This document shows, piece by piece, positions 12,601-26,759 of a DNA stretch of 64,000 bases. Location of the stretch: NCBI GenBank assembly GCA_009103225.1, contig RHPI01003369.1, positions 783,822 to 847,821 on the forward strand, given 5' to 3'. A program made the translations under genes and the position numbers. This DNA is from Chlorokybus atmophyticus (lineage: Eukaryota; Plantae; Mesostigma and Chlorokybus algae). Position 1 is the first letter of the stretch. The number at the start of each line of letters is the position of its first letter. The notes beneath the pieces are model-generated. The model worked only from the letters and a program-made list of their open reading frames with translations, searched no databases and had not been told where the DNA came from.

Positions 12601-15600
12601 CCTCGTCCTGTGTGGGACATTGACTGAATACACACATTGCACACGCACACTCACACGTATGCCAGGAGTGTTGTGTATCACCTTCTCTGCTTTGATGCGA
12701 TCGATGGCGCCCTTGGCATCATCTAGCTGCGCGTACACATCCGCGCGGCTAGTCTCTAGCAGATGCACCTGTGGTATATAAACTCAAGGACATGTTGCAA
12801 CGACTGTTATGAATTGTTAATGCACACGCACTTGTTGTGTCATGTCTGCGATCTGTTTCTCGATCAACTCCTGCCCGCTCAGAGCACGCTTCAGGTCTGT
12901 TGCAAGGCGGGTGCACTCCGCATCGTCAACGCTCTTCACCTGTTGAAAACAGTTGTCAAGCAAGACGACATGCAACATGCATGCGTGCGCGTGCATGTGC
13001 ATGTGTGTATCTGTGGGTGTGAGAGATATGCGTGTGTATGTTTGTGCAATAGACTCACGCACCTCTTCCAGCTCGCGCACGCGTGCAACCATCCGTTCCA
13101 ACTCCTCCTTCTGCACCCCCCTCTCCTCGAACACCATTCTCAGGTCCTCCCTCACACTCTCCTCCCTCTTCATTGCCGTCTCCTTCTCCTTGCGCCAAGT
13201 GTCAGCCCTCTCAGTTAACTCAGTCGCCTCGGCTTCATGACGCGCACGCCAACACTCCCACTCGTCGCGCGAAGCGGACCATGCAGCGCGTTCATGCTCC
13301 AGAGCCTCAAGCTTGTCGGAGAGAATTTCAACCTCTGCGAGGAATGGGTTCTAGAGACTGAGACAATGATGCACGACATGTGTGTGCGTTGTTTGTGCAC
13401 CTGTCACGAGCATGCGAGTCATTCTGCAAAGCGCATACACGTATGCACTTTAGCTACAACTGTGTGCATGCCCGCATGTGCGTGGCCACGCGTGTGCAGG
13501 TGTGTATGCATGCGCAAATGTGGATGCATGCCTGTACATGCATGTGCGTAAGTGCGTGCGGTCACGTGTACGTGTGCGTGCGTGCCCACATACACGTGTG
13601 CATGCTATATAGGTGTGTTACCAAAGCGCAAGTGTTTGGGTATGCACACGCCCCACACCGCACTCACCAGACTCGAGCACATTCCTCTCCTTCCTCGCCT
13701 CCCTTAGCTCCTCGGTGACACGCGCCACCTCGCCCTCGAGCCTTGCTGCATCTCTCCCCTCGCGATGCAGCCTTCTCTCCTGCGTGCGGCACTGCGCGTT
13801 GAGGGCGTCCATCGAGACACGCATCGCCGACACCAGGGGGAGGACGTCGTTGTTGTTGGGTATGTTGTTGTTGGGGTGGGTTGTGTTGGTGGTGGTGGGG
13901 AAGGGTGAGGAAGGTGGAGGGGTGAGGGGGTGGAGTAGTGGAGAGGCGAGGAAGTGCTTCCAGGAGGAGGGAGGGGTTGGGATTGACTGCGTGAGATACG
14001 GCGTGAAGGGTGAATATGCATGAGTATGAGGTGAAGAGACACGATGACATCCAGCACTGTGATCGTGGCCATACCTGTAGGAACTGGTTGAACGGGTCGT
14101 CTTCGTGGTCAAGGTGCCCGTGAACAATGTTCTGAAAAGCAGACACCATGACTATACTATCATTATGCATAGTAACGTGGCAACAGTATAGTGATGTTAC
14201 CAATGATGCCATGCTATATAAACTTTAAACACAGCTGTTTCAAACCTGTGAAGGAGTCCTTGGGCCTTGCATGCTATGCTGTTGATGTTGATACAGCTCC
14301 TCGTACCCCAGCGACCAGCTCGTCTCATGCTGCTCGAAGACCTGAGCCAAGCAGACTGATCTCAACACCTCTCACCACCCCACGCACACAACCAACTCAA
14401 CCAACATGTTCAATGAACAAGTCTCTCACCCTGCTGCTTGTGGCGCATAGGTCCGAAGCCATCGCGCAAGCCGACGCGACGGACGCGATGCTTTCACACT
14501 GCGATTGTGTCACATTAGCATTGCTATTGTTGTTGTTGTGTCCTCCTCCTTCTCCTCCCCCTCTTTTTCTCGCTCCTCCGCCAGAAGACCGCCGCTTGCC
14601 AAGCCTGGAGGGCTTAGGCTTGCCACCGCCCGGCCGCGCGTGACAGCGTGTTGCGGTTGTTGTGTTGTTTGTTGTTGTGTTTGTGGTTGATTGGTGTGGG
14701 TGTGGGTGTGCAATGTTGCGGCGGTTGGGTGACACCCACTCGGGCCTCGGGACTGCTGTCCTGCGCTTTGCTGCTGCTTTTGCTGCCGCCTCCTGTGAGA
14801 GTGTAACAACATGATGATGGTGATGTGGTGGTGGTGGTGGTGGTAATAATTGTGAGGTGTGTTATGTTGCTACCTGGCGGTTTTTGTGTGCGAGGTCGGC
14901 GAGATATTGCAACCGGCGGTCTCGGAGGGCTTTGGCCTCATCCTCGACACGCGTCTGCATGCAGGAAGAATGCTGTCATGCATGCTTGTGCACGTAGTTG
15001 AGACAACAAGACAATGGTGCACACGCACACTCCCACCTGCATCGTCTCTTCAGGCACTGCGTACAGGCACATGGACTTGCGTGAGCCCTTCAGCGGCTGC
15101 CTCTGCAAGGCAGACGACCGGGTGGCCCCGCAGTCGGACGCACGCACCTTCTTCTTGCTACCTCGACCTTACGAAGAAAAAGGCAACAACAACACACAAA
15201 GAGTTAACCTCAAAGGTGTTCACTGTTGGGATGCAAGACTTGGTCGATGTTGTTGTTGTTGCTGTTACTGTTGCTGTTGTTGTTGTTGCTTGCGTTCAAG
15301 TCAAAGGCAGTACCTGGTAAAGGGCCGAGAGTGTCCTCATTTGAGTTTGTTGGCTCTGATGGTGAAAGCACCGCTCCATGAGGAAGAGCCTGCAGGTACT
15401 AAGTAAATAGTGGGTACATTGAGCACAAGGCATGAAGCAATGATCAATACCAACATCACCAACACACAGGTTCAGAATATAACGGCATGCCTGCACGCAC
15501 CTGATCCTCCTGCTTGTCATGCACGTGGTTGGCGCTCTTCGTTGCCTGAAACAGCTGGCGTGCGGCGCCGCCCATAGAGTGCCGGGCCGCCAGCGCGTTG

Positions 15601-16254
15601 GTGTTGAGAGGTGAAAGGGCGGAAGAGTTGTCGTTGTTCTTGTTGTTGTTGGTGGTGGTGGTAGTGGTGTTGTTGGCTGCTTGCCGCTGATATTGGACAC
15701 CAGTGTTAGATGCCCCCCCCTCAACCAAATGGAAGGAGTGTACAGCGTTTCTGATTGAGGTAATTGAATACTGTTAGCGGAGAGTTGCATCAATTAAAAA
15801 AAAATATACTACAGCAATGCCATTGGAAGAGCAATCAACTGTATAAATAGTTTTGGCCTCGTGGGAGTTTGCAAGTAGCAACTTGTCGCCATTGCAACCC
15901 GACTGAGCACTGAGCATCTGTCATCTGTTACCCTTCTACGAAGGTATAAATGGACGCTCGCAGAAACTATCGTCATCAAGTAGATAGCTGCCTTGTTCAG
16001 GAGGTACCGGAAACTGCTATACCAATTACTGCAACGGCATCAAGCAGACCAACCTTGCTAGTGCTTCCAGGCGCGTTCTCGTTCTCCTTGCACGCCGCAT
16101 GCCGCTTCGGCGTCGCACCCCCTCCCCCCACAGCAGCCGCCATCCCGTCGACCCTGTACACGAGGGCCATGGCCTGCGGCGGCGCCTCACTTGCGCCAGC
16201 AACGGCAACCCCTCGGCCGACGCCGCCGACGCCGCCGGCGACGTTGCACTGCAC
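6612..16254 (-). CDS. Very long multi-exon coiled-coil protein (no motor or catalytic domain recognised); includes a ~2.6 kb internal exon (~8652-11270); start could be 16254 or ~16170
   Basis: A 924-aa heptad-rich E/Q/L/A ORF at 8511-11285, plus many short minus-strand coiled-coil exons with CAG|GT boundaries (e.g. ELQAAHAALQAEVKHQ, RLEDFAASLQGELEEW, ELENARMRVSELEA, QRQLAKLQLEC). Introns are CA/TG-rich. Terminal exon ends at the stop at 6612. That it is one gene is inferred. Confidence 0.72.
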
Positions 16255-16340
16255 TGCACTGGATATTTGAATCTCTCAACACAGGCTAACGGCTAAGTGA
16301 GTGCTGATCGGGGTCGGAAGCCTCTCTGATTGTGAGACAG

Positions 16341-17956
16341 ATCGTTAGAGCTCGATCGCGTTTGAATCTGGACTGACCTCACGTGACGCCAGAAGTGGCG
16401 GCGCTGTGAGTGGCCTGCTAGCATTGTGTGCGGCCACGTCAGTCGCCAGGCCCTCTGCCGCCGCCGCTGGCATTCCAGATGGCAGTAATGATGTAGACTC
16501 GTACCCAAGGTTGTCTTGAGCAGTTAAAGTGAAGCTACAAATGTGTATACACACTACCATCTGGCACTGGACCGGGTTGCACGTGATGGGTGCCATAACA
16601 ACGTGGTGTTGAGGGGCAACACTTTGACTATGACGGCATTGTGTATGAACAGAGTGTTCAGTGGTATGTAGTTGTGGTGCTTTTGTAACTAGAGTGGACA
16701 CTTGTGGGGCAACATGGTGTCAGCTCGCAAGGTGGGCAGGGCGGGCTCACCACTGAACTACCGTTTGACGGACAATGTGCTCGTCCCAGCACCCAAGGTT
16801 GGTCTGAAGAAGTCGATCAAGTCCTTCCAACACACCATTGCCAAACCAAACTAATCAACAACTTCACTAATGAGAAACGGTTTCACACACTTGGTTTCAT
16901 TGGGCTGCATGTTGAAGCAGAGTACAACTTCACGTCAAGATAGCCAACCATCACCATCATCATGTCAAACGACCAAATCCTGTTGAATATTGCGTAGGCC
17001 AACAATGCAGAACACTCTTGGACAGATCCCCGCATCCCAATCCACCCGTTAACATCCAGCAGCAAGTGGAACGCGTCGATAGAGCTGCCACGCTCGATGC
17101 GCGCTCTCTACGGGCGAGCATCGTCCGATCGACGCCTCACAAACACCGATGGCATCCATGAACACTTTGTAAGCATGATGGTGTTGTAGTAATAGGGAGT
17201 ATGCCAGTGTTGATGGTGATGTTTGTTGGGTGTTGCAGCCGACGCACCCGATGGTGTTGAACCAAGTCTTCTGCACTAGGCTCAGCACGCCCGGCAACTG
17301 GGCGGCAACAACAAAGTTACCAGCAAGGAGCCCACGGTGCGCTAGTAGTTGTCGGTGTTGTTGTTGGTGGTGTTGGTGGTGTTGTTGTAGTTGATGTTGA
17401 GAAAGTTTTGCCTTACTGTAGGGATATAGCCACAGTCGACACAGCGTGGCAAAGCAGGAGGCAAAGCATCGCAAAGCACTTGCCAACAGACTACCTACCT
17501 CCACAAGAAAGAGAGGTAAGCAACTAGTTACGTGACTGCAGCACCAAACATGTGTGTCTCAACATCAGCAACCCAACATGTGTCGTCGTGCAGGTGAAGT
17601 GGGAGAGGAGCGTGCGTGAGTGGAAGCGTCATGCACGCGCTGAGGCAGCGGCGGGGGTGCCCGAGTCCAGGCGGCAGCGATCCCCGCTCAAGCGAGACCA
17701 GCTGCATCTGGTTCCCGTGTCGCCCACGCGGCCTCGCCACCGCAGGTATGCACCAGAACTCATGCGATGCTGCGCAGTAGTAAAAGGGTGGACTGACTTG
17801 CAATTCGTCGTGTGCTTGCGCAGGCCGAGGAAACCCAAGACAGCTGATGTCGCAGTGGTGGCTTCCCTTGACAGCTGGCGACCAACTAGGGTGCTTGTCA
17901 GTATGCAGGAGCCTTCAGAAGCCAGCCAGCCAGCAGTAAATGTGCTGCGGCTATGA
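16341..17956 (+). CDS. Hypothetical multi-exon protein, 5' end unresolved
   Basis: Series of AG...GTAAGC/GTATGC-bounded exons with open frames: ANNAEHSWTDPRIPIHPL..., DIATVDTAWQSRRQSIAKHLPTDYLPPQERE, VKWERSVREWKRHARAE..., RPRKPKTADVAVVASLDSWRPTRVLV...NVLRL*. No family recognised. Confidence 0.55.
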
Positions 17957-18435
17957 TGTTTCAGCTGTTGGTGCACGCAGCGGAACTTGTTGAATGTCGT
18001 GACAGCCTTGCTCCCAGCACAAAGCGCCTTCAGTCTGCTCCAAGCAGTAGTGCCATCCCAGAGTTGACTGCTCAACAGCATTGAAGTAATCTGTGGTGCC
18101 GTGGAAGCAGTCAAGCAGGCAGGTTTTACACAGCATGACACATGGGTAGATCATTGGCAGGTGAACAGACAATGCAATCATGATGCAGCAACAAGCGCAC
18201 AAATGTAAAACAGGGCATGCTGCGGTCAGCGGCTGGTGTAAGACAATAGACGTAGTATTAGCGAGCGGGTAGTAATTGAGCAAGTTCAATGGTTTGGCCC
18301 GCCAAGCAGGATTGCTGCCAGACGTAAAGAAACAGCCATGTATAGAGGTGTCTTGTACTGACTACAGGTAAGTATATACCGGTAAGTATATACAATATGC
18401 TATTTGCAAAATTGCATGACTCCGAACAAGTAGTT

Positions 18436-19434
18436 TCAGCTCATCAAACCGCTGCTTGCTACCACTACTCTCGAAAACGGGCGGCCGAAACCTGCCTGTG
18501 CAACAGTGGCACGTACATCACCCATCATCTTTGCAGTCCTGCAAACAGGCGTCGACACGTGAACAACTATACGGCAGAAAGTACAGCGAGGTGCATAGTA
18601 GGCACTGTCACATGGACAGGGTGTGCATTGCAGCATTGATCCCTGACAACCATACTTGAAGAATGGATTGTCAGTTTTGTCTTGTGCAGCCGGAAGTTGC
18701 GACAGCTTTTGCACAATGTCTTGGCCCTCCAGCACCCTGCGCATTAGATCATGAGCTCTGTACTTGTAGGGATATCAATAACAATCACTGGCTGTGGTGA
18801 GGACTGGCGGTTGCGCATGCATCATTCTTGATGCATGCCTGCAGACCTGCCAGGCAGAAACTCTTGCTGTAACTGCATGCACATACCTGCCGACAACCAG
18901 GTTTACAGAGTCCAGCTCCGGGCAAGGCCTAGTTGTAATGATGAAACTGCTACCATTTGGTCGCGGTGGCCCTGTGCTTTCCTGCGCAAGTGAGAACAGC
19001 TGGGTACAGAATATGGACCTCAGCAACTGCCGCTGTGTTTGAAGATAACTCACCTCCACGTTGATGAATTTGCCATCACGTGCGATCAGCTTTGCACTGA
19101 CGCCTTCACTGCAAGTGGGCGAACAACCTCATCAACCCTCAAGTACCGAAGTCATGACCTTACACACACATTCTGGTGTGCACGGCAACTAACCTGCCAA
19201 GTGGATTGTTTACAATCAAGGACACAGTCCAGGGTTTAGTGTGCAAAGGCCTGCCTGGGGCTTGCAACTCCGGCAATAACTGGCCAGATGTTGGGCCTCC
19301 GGTGATGCCCACCTTCATAACCACATTGAAAAGGAGGTGAACTGTAAGCATGTGTAAGATGAAACACTGCATTGGTTCAGTGTCAGGTAAGCACACTGCC
19401 AAAACAAACAGTCTCTTATGTTGAGCAGCGATAA

Positions 19435-19528
<94 letters not shown>

Positions 19529-21502
19529 NCCCCCCCCCCCCCCCCCCCCCTCCCAGGCGACACGCGCGCACACACACACTAGTGACGCATGTGTCCATAT
19601 TCGGAGAACATGCTAAGCAAATCGGACTCACATCTGCGGCTGTATCCCCATATGAAAATGAGCGCACGCCAACATCTTGGATGAAGGCCTGCGACAAGCC
19701 ATGTAGCACTCAAACATAAGTCGCACGGATGTATCAACCTTACACCTCTCACAGGACCCTCTCACAGGATTACAGCATAATGTCAAAACTGGAGGTGTTT
19801 GTACAGGCACTGACATCTTCCTTACCGGGTCAACTTTGGTGAAAAGGGTCCTCCTATAGCCAACTCCTTGCTTGCCCACCGCTGTTAGCATACATCGCAG
19901 TATGGAGGAAAGCGGTCAACCGACAGACGGTAATAAGGCTGTCACTTACACTACACATGCCTAGACTTCCATCACAATGCGCATTAGCACCCAATTGCAG
20001 CAGAGTGCAATACCACGCAAGTGAGACTCAACTAACTGTCACGGACTGATGTGGCTTGTTGGCAAATCCGTTGCAACGGCAAATGCATCGCCGGGGGTCA
20101 ACTTACCAAGGTCAACAAACCGTTGAGCTCCAATGGGAGCGGCTTGGCCGTAAACACCTACGACAATCCGGCCAGCAGGCTTGCCATCAACTGTTATAGT
20201 GAAGAAGACCTGCGAGCACAGCAACTCAGCGTCGGGTGACATGGACTCTCAACGCTGCAAAACTCTTCTAAACCGTGTTGTCATAAAGGTGACAGCATAC
20301 CTTGTCTGTAACAACTGGTTCGGAAATATCTATTGAAGCGAGTGCCCTGCCTGCTTTACATTCACGTCAATGCATGTGCCATCCTTTGCGACGTTGGCGG
20401 CACAGCCAGCAGCATTGATGAATTGCTCATTCCACTGCACCTGAAGGCAGCTGAGCCAGCAAGGCTGTTGCTACCAGCGAAGTCAACGCCTCGCGCCGGG
20501 ACGTCGTTTCAGCTGCTGAGCACTCACTACTGCTGGCCTCTGTGCTTCGGTTCAACGAGCTGCATGTTTGCTGACACCTTACAGGCCTGCAAACACCCAT
20601 GCTCTGGTCCTCTCAAACATGGCTCGAGAAACAAGAATACAGCAGACGCAGGAAGGATGCCACAGTGTGTGCTGCTTCTGGGAAGAAAATGTAGTCGCTT
20701 TGTGGTCTCAAATGCAACGCAGCTTTGGTGCTTGCCGTCATTGCTGCATGCATTACCTGCATGCATTACGAGCGGCAGAGCAACGCCGTGTACGTAATTG
20801 CCGGACCCCATCACCAGCACGCGCAGAACTTAAGCGCAACACCTCAGACACCACGCTCACCCCCGCCGCCGCCGCCGCCGTCGCCATTGCCACGAACAAC
20901 GACACCAACCTGGTTCAGCTGCTTCAGCGTCCTCAGCAAGGCACTGCTTGAGACTCAGCATGTTCACTGAACCACTGAAAACCCTCTATCGCACTATCTG
21001 TGCGTAGAGGCACAAGTAGTTGTGTGCGGTAAGCACAGGTAGTGCGTCCTTGTGCGATGCCTCCGGCTTGCTCTAGTTCCAAGGGGCGGCGGCGGAAAGC
21101 ACTTACACGAGCAGATCAGCTCATCTCAGCTCAAACAAAGGGCAAGCTGTGAACACCACTGGCTCGCGTAGAAGTGCGGGAGTCGTGGATGCGATGGCGG
21201 CGGCGGCGGCGGCGGTGGTGGTGTTGGCGTGTTGTTGAGAACATGTGTGTTTACGTGATGGACGTGTAGGGTGCTTGTGGATTGGGCAGTGAGGCAGGAG
21301 TGTGCTGCTGGAGTGGTGGAGTTGGTTGGGGAGTTGCAAGCTGCTGCAGTGTTGAGGCAGTGGGAGTGAGTGCCTGGTAGTTGGTTGCGGGCGGTTTAAC
21401 CACTGTGAAGCGGAGGAAGCAGCCTCCGCCGCCCGGGGGGGAGCTGGCGCAGCTCCCACCCCTTGCGGCGGCGGAGGCTGGGGCTTTGTAGGGTGCCGTC
21501 AT
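18436..21502 (-). CDS. CYP28: Chloroplast thylakoid-lumen cyclophilin-type peptidyl-prolyl isomerase (CYP28-like)
   Basis: Exons VFFTITVDGKPAGRIVVGVYGQAAPIGAQRF, GVGYRRTLFTKVDP, PNGSSFIITTRPCPELDSVNLVVGR, VLEGQDIVQKL..DKTDNPFFK and AKMMGDVRATVAQAGFGRPFSRVVVASSGL follow the recalled plant CYP28 motif order. The N-terminus is a Ser/Ala-rich transit-peptide-like exon. Confidence 0.85.
19436..19550. repeat. Poly-C/poly-G homopolymer (~115 nt, contains an N) inside a CYP28 intron
   Basis: Seen directly. True length is unreliable. Confidence 0.9.
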
Positions 21503-22216
21503 GGCCACCAATGTGAGATCTGCACGCACGCTTCACACCCCTTTGCTGCCAGACCCTCTTACGGGCAAGTTTCCTCCTGGAAATGAGCTCCGGAACGTAA
21601 TCATCCTGTAAGTATGGGGTTATCTGCTGTTGGCTGCGGTGTAAGAGTGCATGATGAAAGACTGTATGCCACGGGTGCCAAACGATGTGTAAGAATATCG
21701 TTCTCTTTCATAATATTGACAAGCCAATTTTGATCAGACATCCACCAGCTGTGATTGCTGCAGCCGCAAGAACAACCGATGCTTGTCGCAATGTTTGAGT
21801 TCTTGAGAACATGAGTGGTTGATCGCATTGAAGTCTACGCATGGACACGTGGACATGCTCTGTGCACGTTGGGATGTTACCATGTACCTTAACTTATACC
21901 ATATACCACCTGACATGACTATGACACACCAGTGACACAAGGCGCAATGTCACAGAAGTGGCGCACGCTTATGAGTAGCGATTGTAGCACTGGCATGCAG
22001 ATGGGTAGCATGAACTCGAACTGCCAGGAGCTATGTCGAGCTGCCATCAATCTTTCAGGCTACAGTGCCACTCCAGATCCCTACCCGTCGAAATACTAAG
22101 CTTTGCTGCTTGACTGACTTCGTGTTTGTCTGCATGGTCTTCGTTGCTGAGGTCTGGTCCGTAAGAATATTTGTCTACCAAACTTACTGCCTGTCTCATT
22201 CATCAAGTGAGAATGT

Positions 22217-24887
22217 ACAGGATGCCTTGCGTCTGGCTGCACAGCTTATATACTTGGGTGGCTGCAATCTGTGAGTCTGCGATAGTACGAGCTGCAACTG
22301 TCGTTAGAGACAATCAAGCATTGTCGTCTTTCTTGCATACGACTAATACTATGTCACGTTTGCAGATCCTTAGCGTTCTTCACGCTGTTCTGTGCGTACA
22401 ATGCGTTACAGGTAGGCTGAGTTGCAAGCACACATGTCCTTCTGCTAGGCATCACAATCAACGCTGATTTTGTTTTTGTTGGCAGAATTACATTACTTCT
22501 GTGTTGCCTGGCCATCTTGGAGATGAGTCGTTGCTGGTTGTTTACTGTAGCTTGTCAGTTACCGTATTTGCTGCACCATCATTGGTTGCAAGGCTTGGGG
22601 AGACGAGAGCCATGGTTTTAGGGGGTAAGCACTATCATTGCACTTTGGCATCTGCAAGATGGATTCGTTGTGGGCGCATGGTTGCAACTACCAGACAAAA
22701 AGCGTGACCTCATGTTCTCGCTCAGGTGTCACCTATGTAATATACACGCTTACGCTCATGCAACCAAACAATGCGATTGTTTTGGCTGCAAGTGGTGTAG
22801 TTGGAGCTGGCGCTGCACTTCTCTGGGTGGCACAGGTCTGCAGTCACCTTGTGGGGCAGTGTTCCGCTGCAGGTTTTATGCATCTCATCCTGGTCTTACT
22901 GGACATGTCTTGGGCAGGGCATTTATCTAACCAAGTGCTCGCCTGCGGATCGTCGCGGCGAGTATGCTGGGATGTTTTGGGGTATATTCTATTGTTGCAA
23001 TATTGTTGGCAATATGGCAGCATATTTATTGCTTCAGAGGTGGGTGCCCCCTTATGTGGCTCTGCTCAACAAGAGCAGTATATACAGCTGTGTGACCACC
23101 GTACCAACAGTTGGCTTATCTCATGCTGCCAGATGATTGCGCACTTACTTGATGTCTGCATGCGCAGGTTGCCAGATAGCAATCTTTTCACAATGTTTGC
23201 TGTTTTCTCTGCGGCTGGTGTTGCGTTGTTGCTGCAGTTGACACCAGTCACCTCCTATGCAAAACCAATGCCTCGCCTATCTTCAGCTGCCAGCCTAGCA
23301 AGTGCAAGAAGTAGATCCGCATCACAATCGAGGATACAAGTTACAACAGCCTCTCCACCCCCTGTGCGCACTGGCGGTGGTCGTGGTGACCTTTTTGTAC
23401 ATGTAGGTAGTGCCAACGATCTTAGCCCGTGTTCTTCCAGTGGGTCCTCCTCGTGCAGCTCATACAGTGATGATGAGCTCAGTAGCGAAGACTTCAGTAA
23501 GCACGGGCGCGACACGCTCATCCTCTATGGCTTGCTGGCGCCCATGAGTTTTCTCATTGGCTTTGAGGTGCGTCATCATATGTGTGGCATGTCGTCTAGT
23601 GACATACACAGCACTCACCTCATATGTCAGATTATAGGTTGTTAACAATATGAGCTTGCAGGTCGCTTTTTGGACGGGAGAATTTACCAAGCTGTTGCCT
23701 GAGGATACAATTGGGCTTGTGCTTGTTTTCGCTGGCATTGGGGAAGTCCTCGGAGCAATGGGCTTGAGCTGGTTATCTGATCGCGTGGGCAAAAGGACGC
23801 CTACCTTTGTGGTTGGAAGCATTGCTTATGGCATTGGTTTATACTTTTGCAGTGTCATGTACCATGCGCGGTTGCAGGTAAAGTGCTTTGGTCACCTTTT
23901 CCCGTTGGTGCAGCTCACTTGCAAACAAGTACACAATGGCTGTGGCTCACTTGTGTACTTGTACTGATGCGCAATATTGTTGGTGCAGCATCGCACGCCC
24001 GGCGCCAAGTTGTGGGGGGCTCCAGTAGTTGCCTACCTGGCAGGTTTAGGTTTTGGTGTTGGAGACGGTGTTTTCAACAGCCATATGTGAGTTTGCGCCC
24101 AACTTGTGCTGCTTTGTTGACTAGACTATTTCTTGTGCCTTGTCCTGCTGGCATGCTGATTGTAGCTTACCTCGCAACAGGTACACCATGATCGGAAAGG
24201 TGTTTGATGCGGATGACATGGAAGCATGGACCTTGTACAACTTGCTGCAGGTGACACAGGCAGTGCTTAGTTTGTGCTGAGTTGACAACATCCTGCTTGC
24301 ACTCGATACACGCAAGTCAAAGACACAGATAGCTGACATTTATATGTGTGCAGAATGGCGGCTGTGCAGTTGGTTACGCTTATGCTCTGCTCATGCCAAT
24401 GGTAGCTGCGGCCGGCGAAAGCACATCCTTAGTTCAGGTCAGTGTCACTCATCTGTACAACCATGTTTTTTGGCACATGTGCAACCCTTGGCAGCTTATG
24501 CACATGCATAGCAAGTGCTGCTGAAGCATTGCATATTGACTGAAACAACGTTGTGCTTCTCAGGTCTACACCCAGACTGTATTGCTGGTGACGGGCACAA
24601 TTGCGTATGGCGTTGCAGACATAGTGTATGACTCGACGCCCGCAATGCACGAAAGCCCGTCACAACCAGATCTCGCACAGTGCCCCGTTTCCTACGTGCC
24701 TCCTGTACATATACCAACACCCAGTGCCCGCATGCCACCACTGCCATCTTCACCCCGCCTACCTCCTAAGCCTGCACACTCAGTACAAGTTGTGGTTGAC
24801 CCTATTCGTGAACAACATCAGCGCACACCCAGGACACCTACCACACCTGACACTCCTAGCCACAGACCTATTGTATGTTGTGCATAG
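22217..24887 (+). CDS. UNC-93-like MFS membrane protein (5' exon(s) unresolved upstream of 22217)
   Basis: Exons AYILGSLAFFTLFCAYNALQ, LGDESLLVVYCSLSVTVFAAPSLVARLGETRAMVLGG, AASGVVGAGAALLWVAQ|GIYLTKCS...GEYAGMFWGIF, AFWTGEFTK...GAMGLSWLSDRVGKR. LLWVAQG-YLT is the UNC-93 family signature. Confidence 0.88.
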
Positions 24888-25274
24888 ATCAGTTGTTGTC
24901 ATTAGAGTTTTGCTTAGACAGGTTCAGCGATTTGTCGATGTGCGTGCTACCAGAATCTATGTGGCAAGCGATGTACATCAGTAGTCGTGGTAATTATTGC
25001 AGGTGGTTACAAATGCTGGGTCCACATGAGACTTTGCAGCTGCAAAGCTGCCTAGTCACGAAATAGAACAACAGAAAATTGCAAATCCATTGAACTGTAA
25101 GATTGGTCAATAAAGCGCTGCACAGAGCTGACAATGTCAACATGTCTTTGGACCACGTTCACTGTGTCATTTCATATCTCTAGAGGGAAAGCAAGAAGTG
25201 GCTCAAAAATGCACTTCGATGCCCTATGTGTGCTGCTATCGCTGCTGCACCTTTATGCAAAGCTCCTCACTCAA

Positions 25275-26759
25275 TTAGTCTATATCTAAAAAGTCCATTC
25301 GTTTTCCCATTGATCCTTTCAGTTCGGTAGCCTCTTTCTCAGCTTTTTGAGCCTGTTAACAACATATCAGTCAGTGCAGAATGCACCATACTATAAACAG
25401 TTACAAGGTTACAAGACACTACAGGAATACAAACGCCTTGCATAGCACAGCTTTCGTGCGATGTGCTGTGGTTGGTCGACTTGAAACCTCTATGCATGTC
25501 AATTCACACCCAACTGCAAAGGCAGTGATTTCCCGACAAGCACGACTGCAAGGAGTCAAGCCCAATGCTATTGGTGGAAAACTTGCATGCATGGGAAGCC
25601 TCAAAGCTGTTGTGCACGTCTGCAGACAACGAACTATGTGACTGATAGGCATGCAAGCCCACCCACTCACCTGTCTTATCGCCTCCAAAGTAACGGCCCG
25701 AATATGGGGCGGCGGCAACTCCCGTAGCGGGTCCTGCGCAGATTATAGTGATTCAAACAGTACGTGGTGCATGCACACGCTTCTGCATGCAGACGACTTC
25801 AATGGTTGTGACTGAGTTCACACGCACACATCCAGCATGATAGTGAGACTGCATGCTCTCAAACATGGATGCGCAGCAACACTGCAACAACATGCATGGT
25901 CATGGCACTTACTATTTGCCCTAAAAGAACAACGTTCTCCCCCCGGATCACGTGCAGTCCTATAGGATCGTCGCAGTACTGGTCTCCAACAATAATCCGC
26001 TCAAATGCATCCGTAAGCACAACATTTGCTGCGGTTGTAAACAACACAATCAGCATGAACCTTGCAGTCAAGTCACACTTATGGCACAGTACAAAAGAGT
26101 TCAAAAGCAACCACCTACCAAACTGATCGAATGACCGCAAGATCCCAATCAGTTTTCTTCCGTCTCGAAGCAACACAAGAAGCTTCTCTGTAAAAATACA
26201 ACAAGTCTTTTTAACAGCAGCTTATTGCAGACACGTTTGTATGCAATCCCAGGCAGTAGTAAGCAGCGTGCACGTTGCCGTGTGCCACTTGCATCATGTT
26301 TGCTAAACAACACGAGCTTTGGACCAACCAACACAGATCATGCTTAAGCTCGAGGTTACGACAAACAGAGGGAAACAGTTGCCAGACTCAACAGCATGCT
26401 ATCCTGGACTGGATCCTGTATTCAGGTTCAGTACGCCTCACGCCAGCATGTGCGATTCACCTTGGCTGAAGCCCTTTCTTTTCTGTTACTAATGCTTTTA
26501 CTATAGGCGGCAGAGAAATACCGAACAAACTTCAGCAAGACGCTTCTGCCTCTGTGTGCGTGCGTGTGTGTGAGTGTGTCTGTGCGGGCGTGTGACACAA
26601 ACCACTAGACGTACTGTCAAGGTCCTCAGCAAGGCTGGTGGTGCCGGCGTACGTCACAGCAGGAGGAGGAGGAGGAGGGGGAGGGGGAGGAGGGGGAGCG
26701 TGGCTATGGTGGTGATGATGGTGAAGCGGGCCGCCAGCAGGCCCGCCAGGCCAAGACAT
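25275..26759 (-). CDS. LSM1: Sm-like protein LSm1 (mRNA decapping activator)
   Basis: MSW...TTSLAEDLD|[22 protein letters not shown]|[39 protein letters not shown]|...[17 protein letters not shown]|[25 protein letters not shown], closely matching plant LSM1. Confidence 0.95.

Noticed and set aside
7030-13620. His/Thr- or Cys/Val-rich ORFs (HTHTH, VCVCV)
   Set aside because: Translations of CA/TG-rich intronic microsatellite-like sequence.
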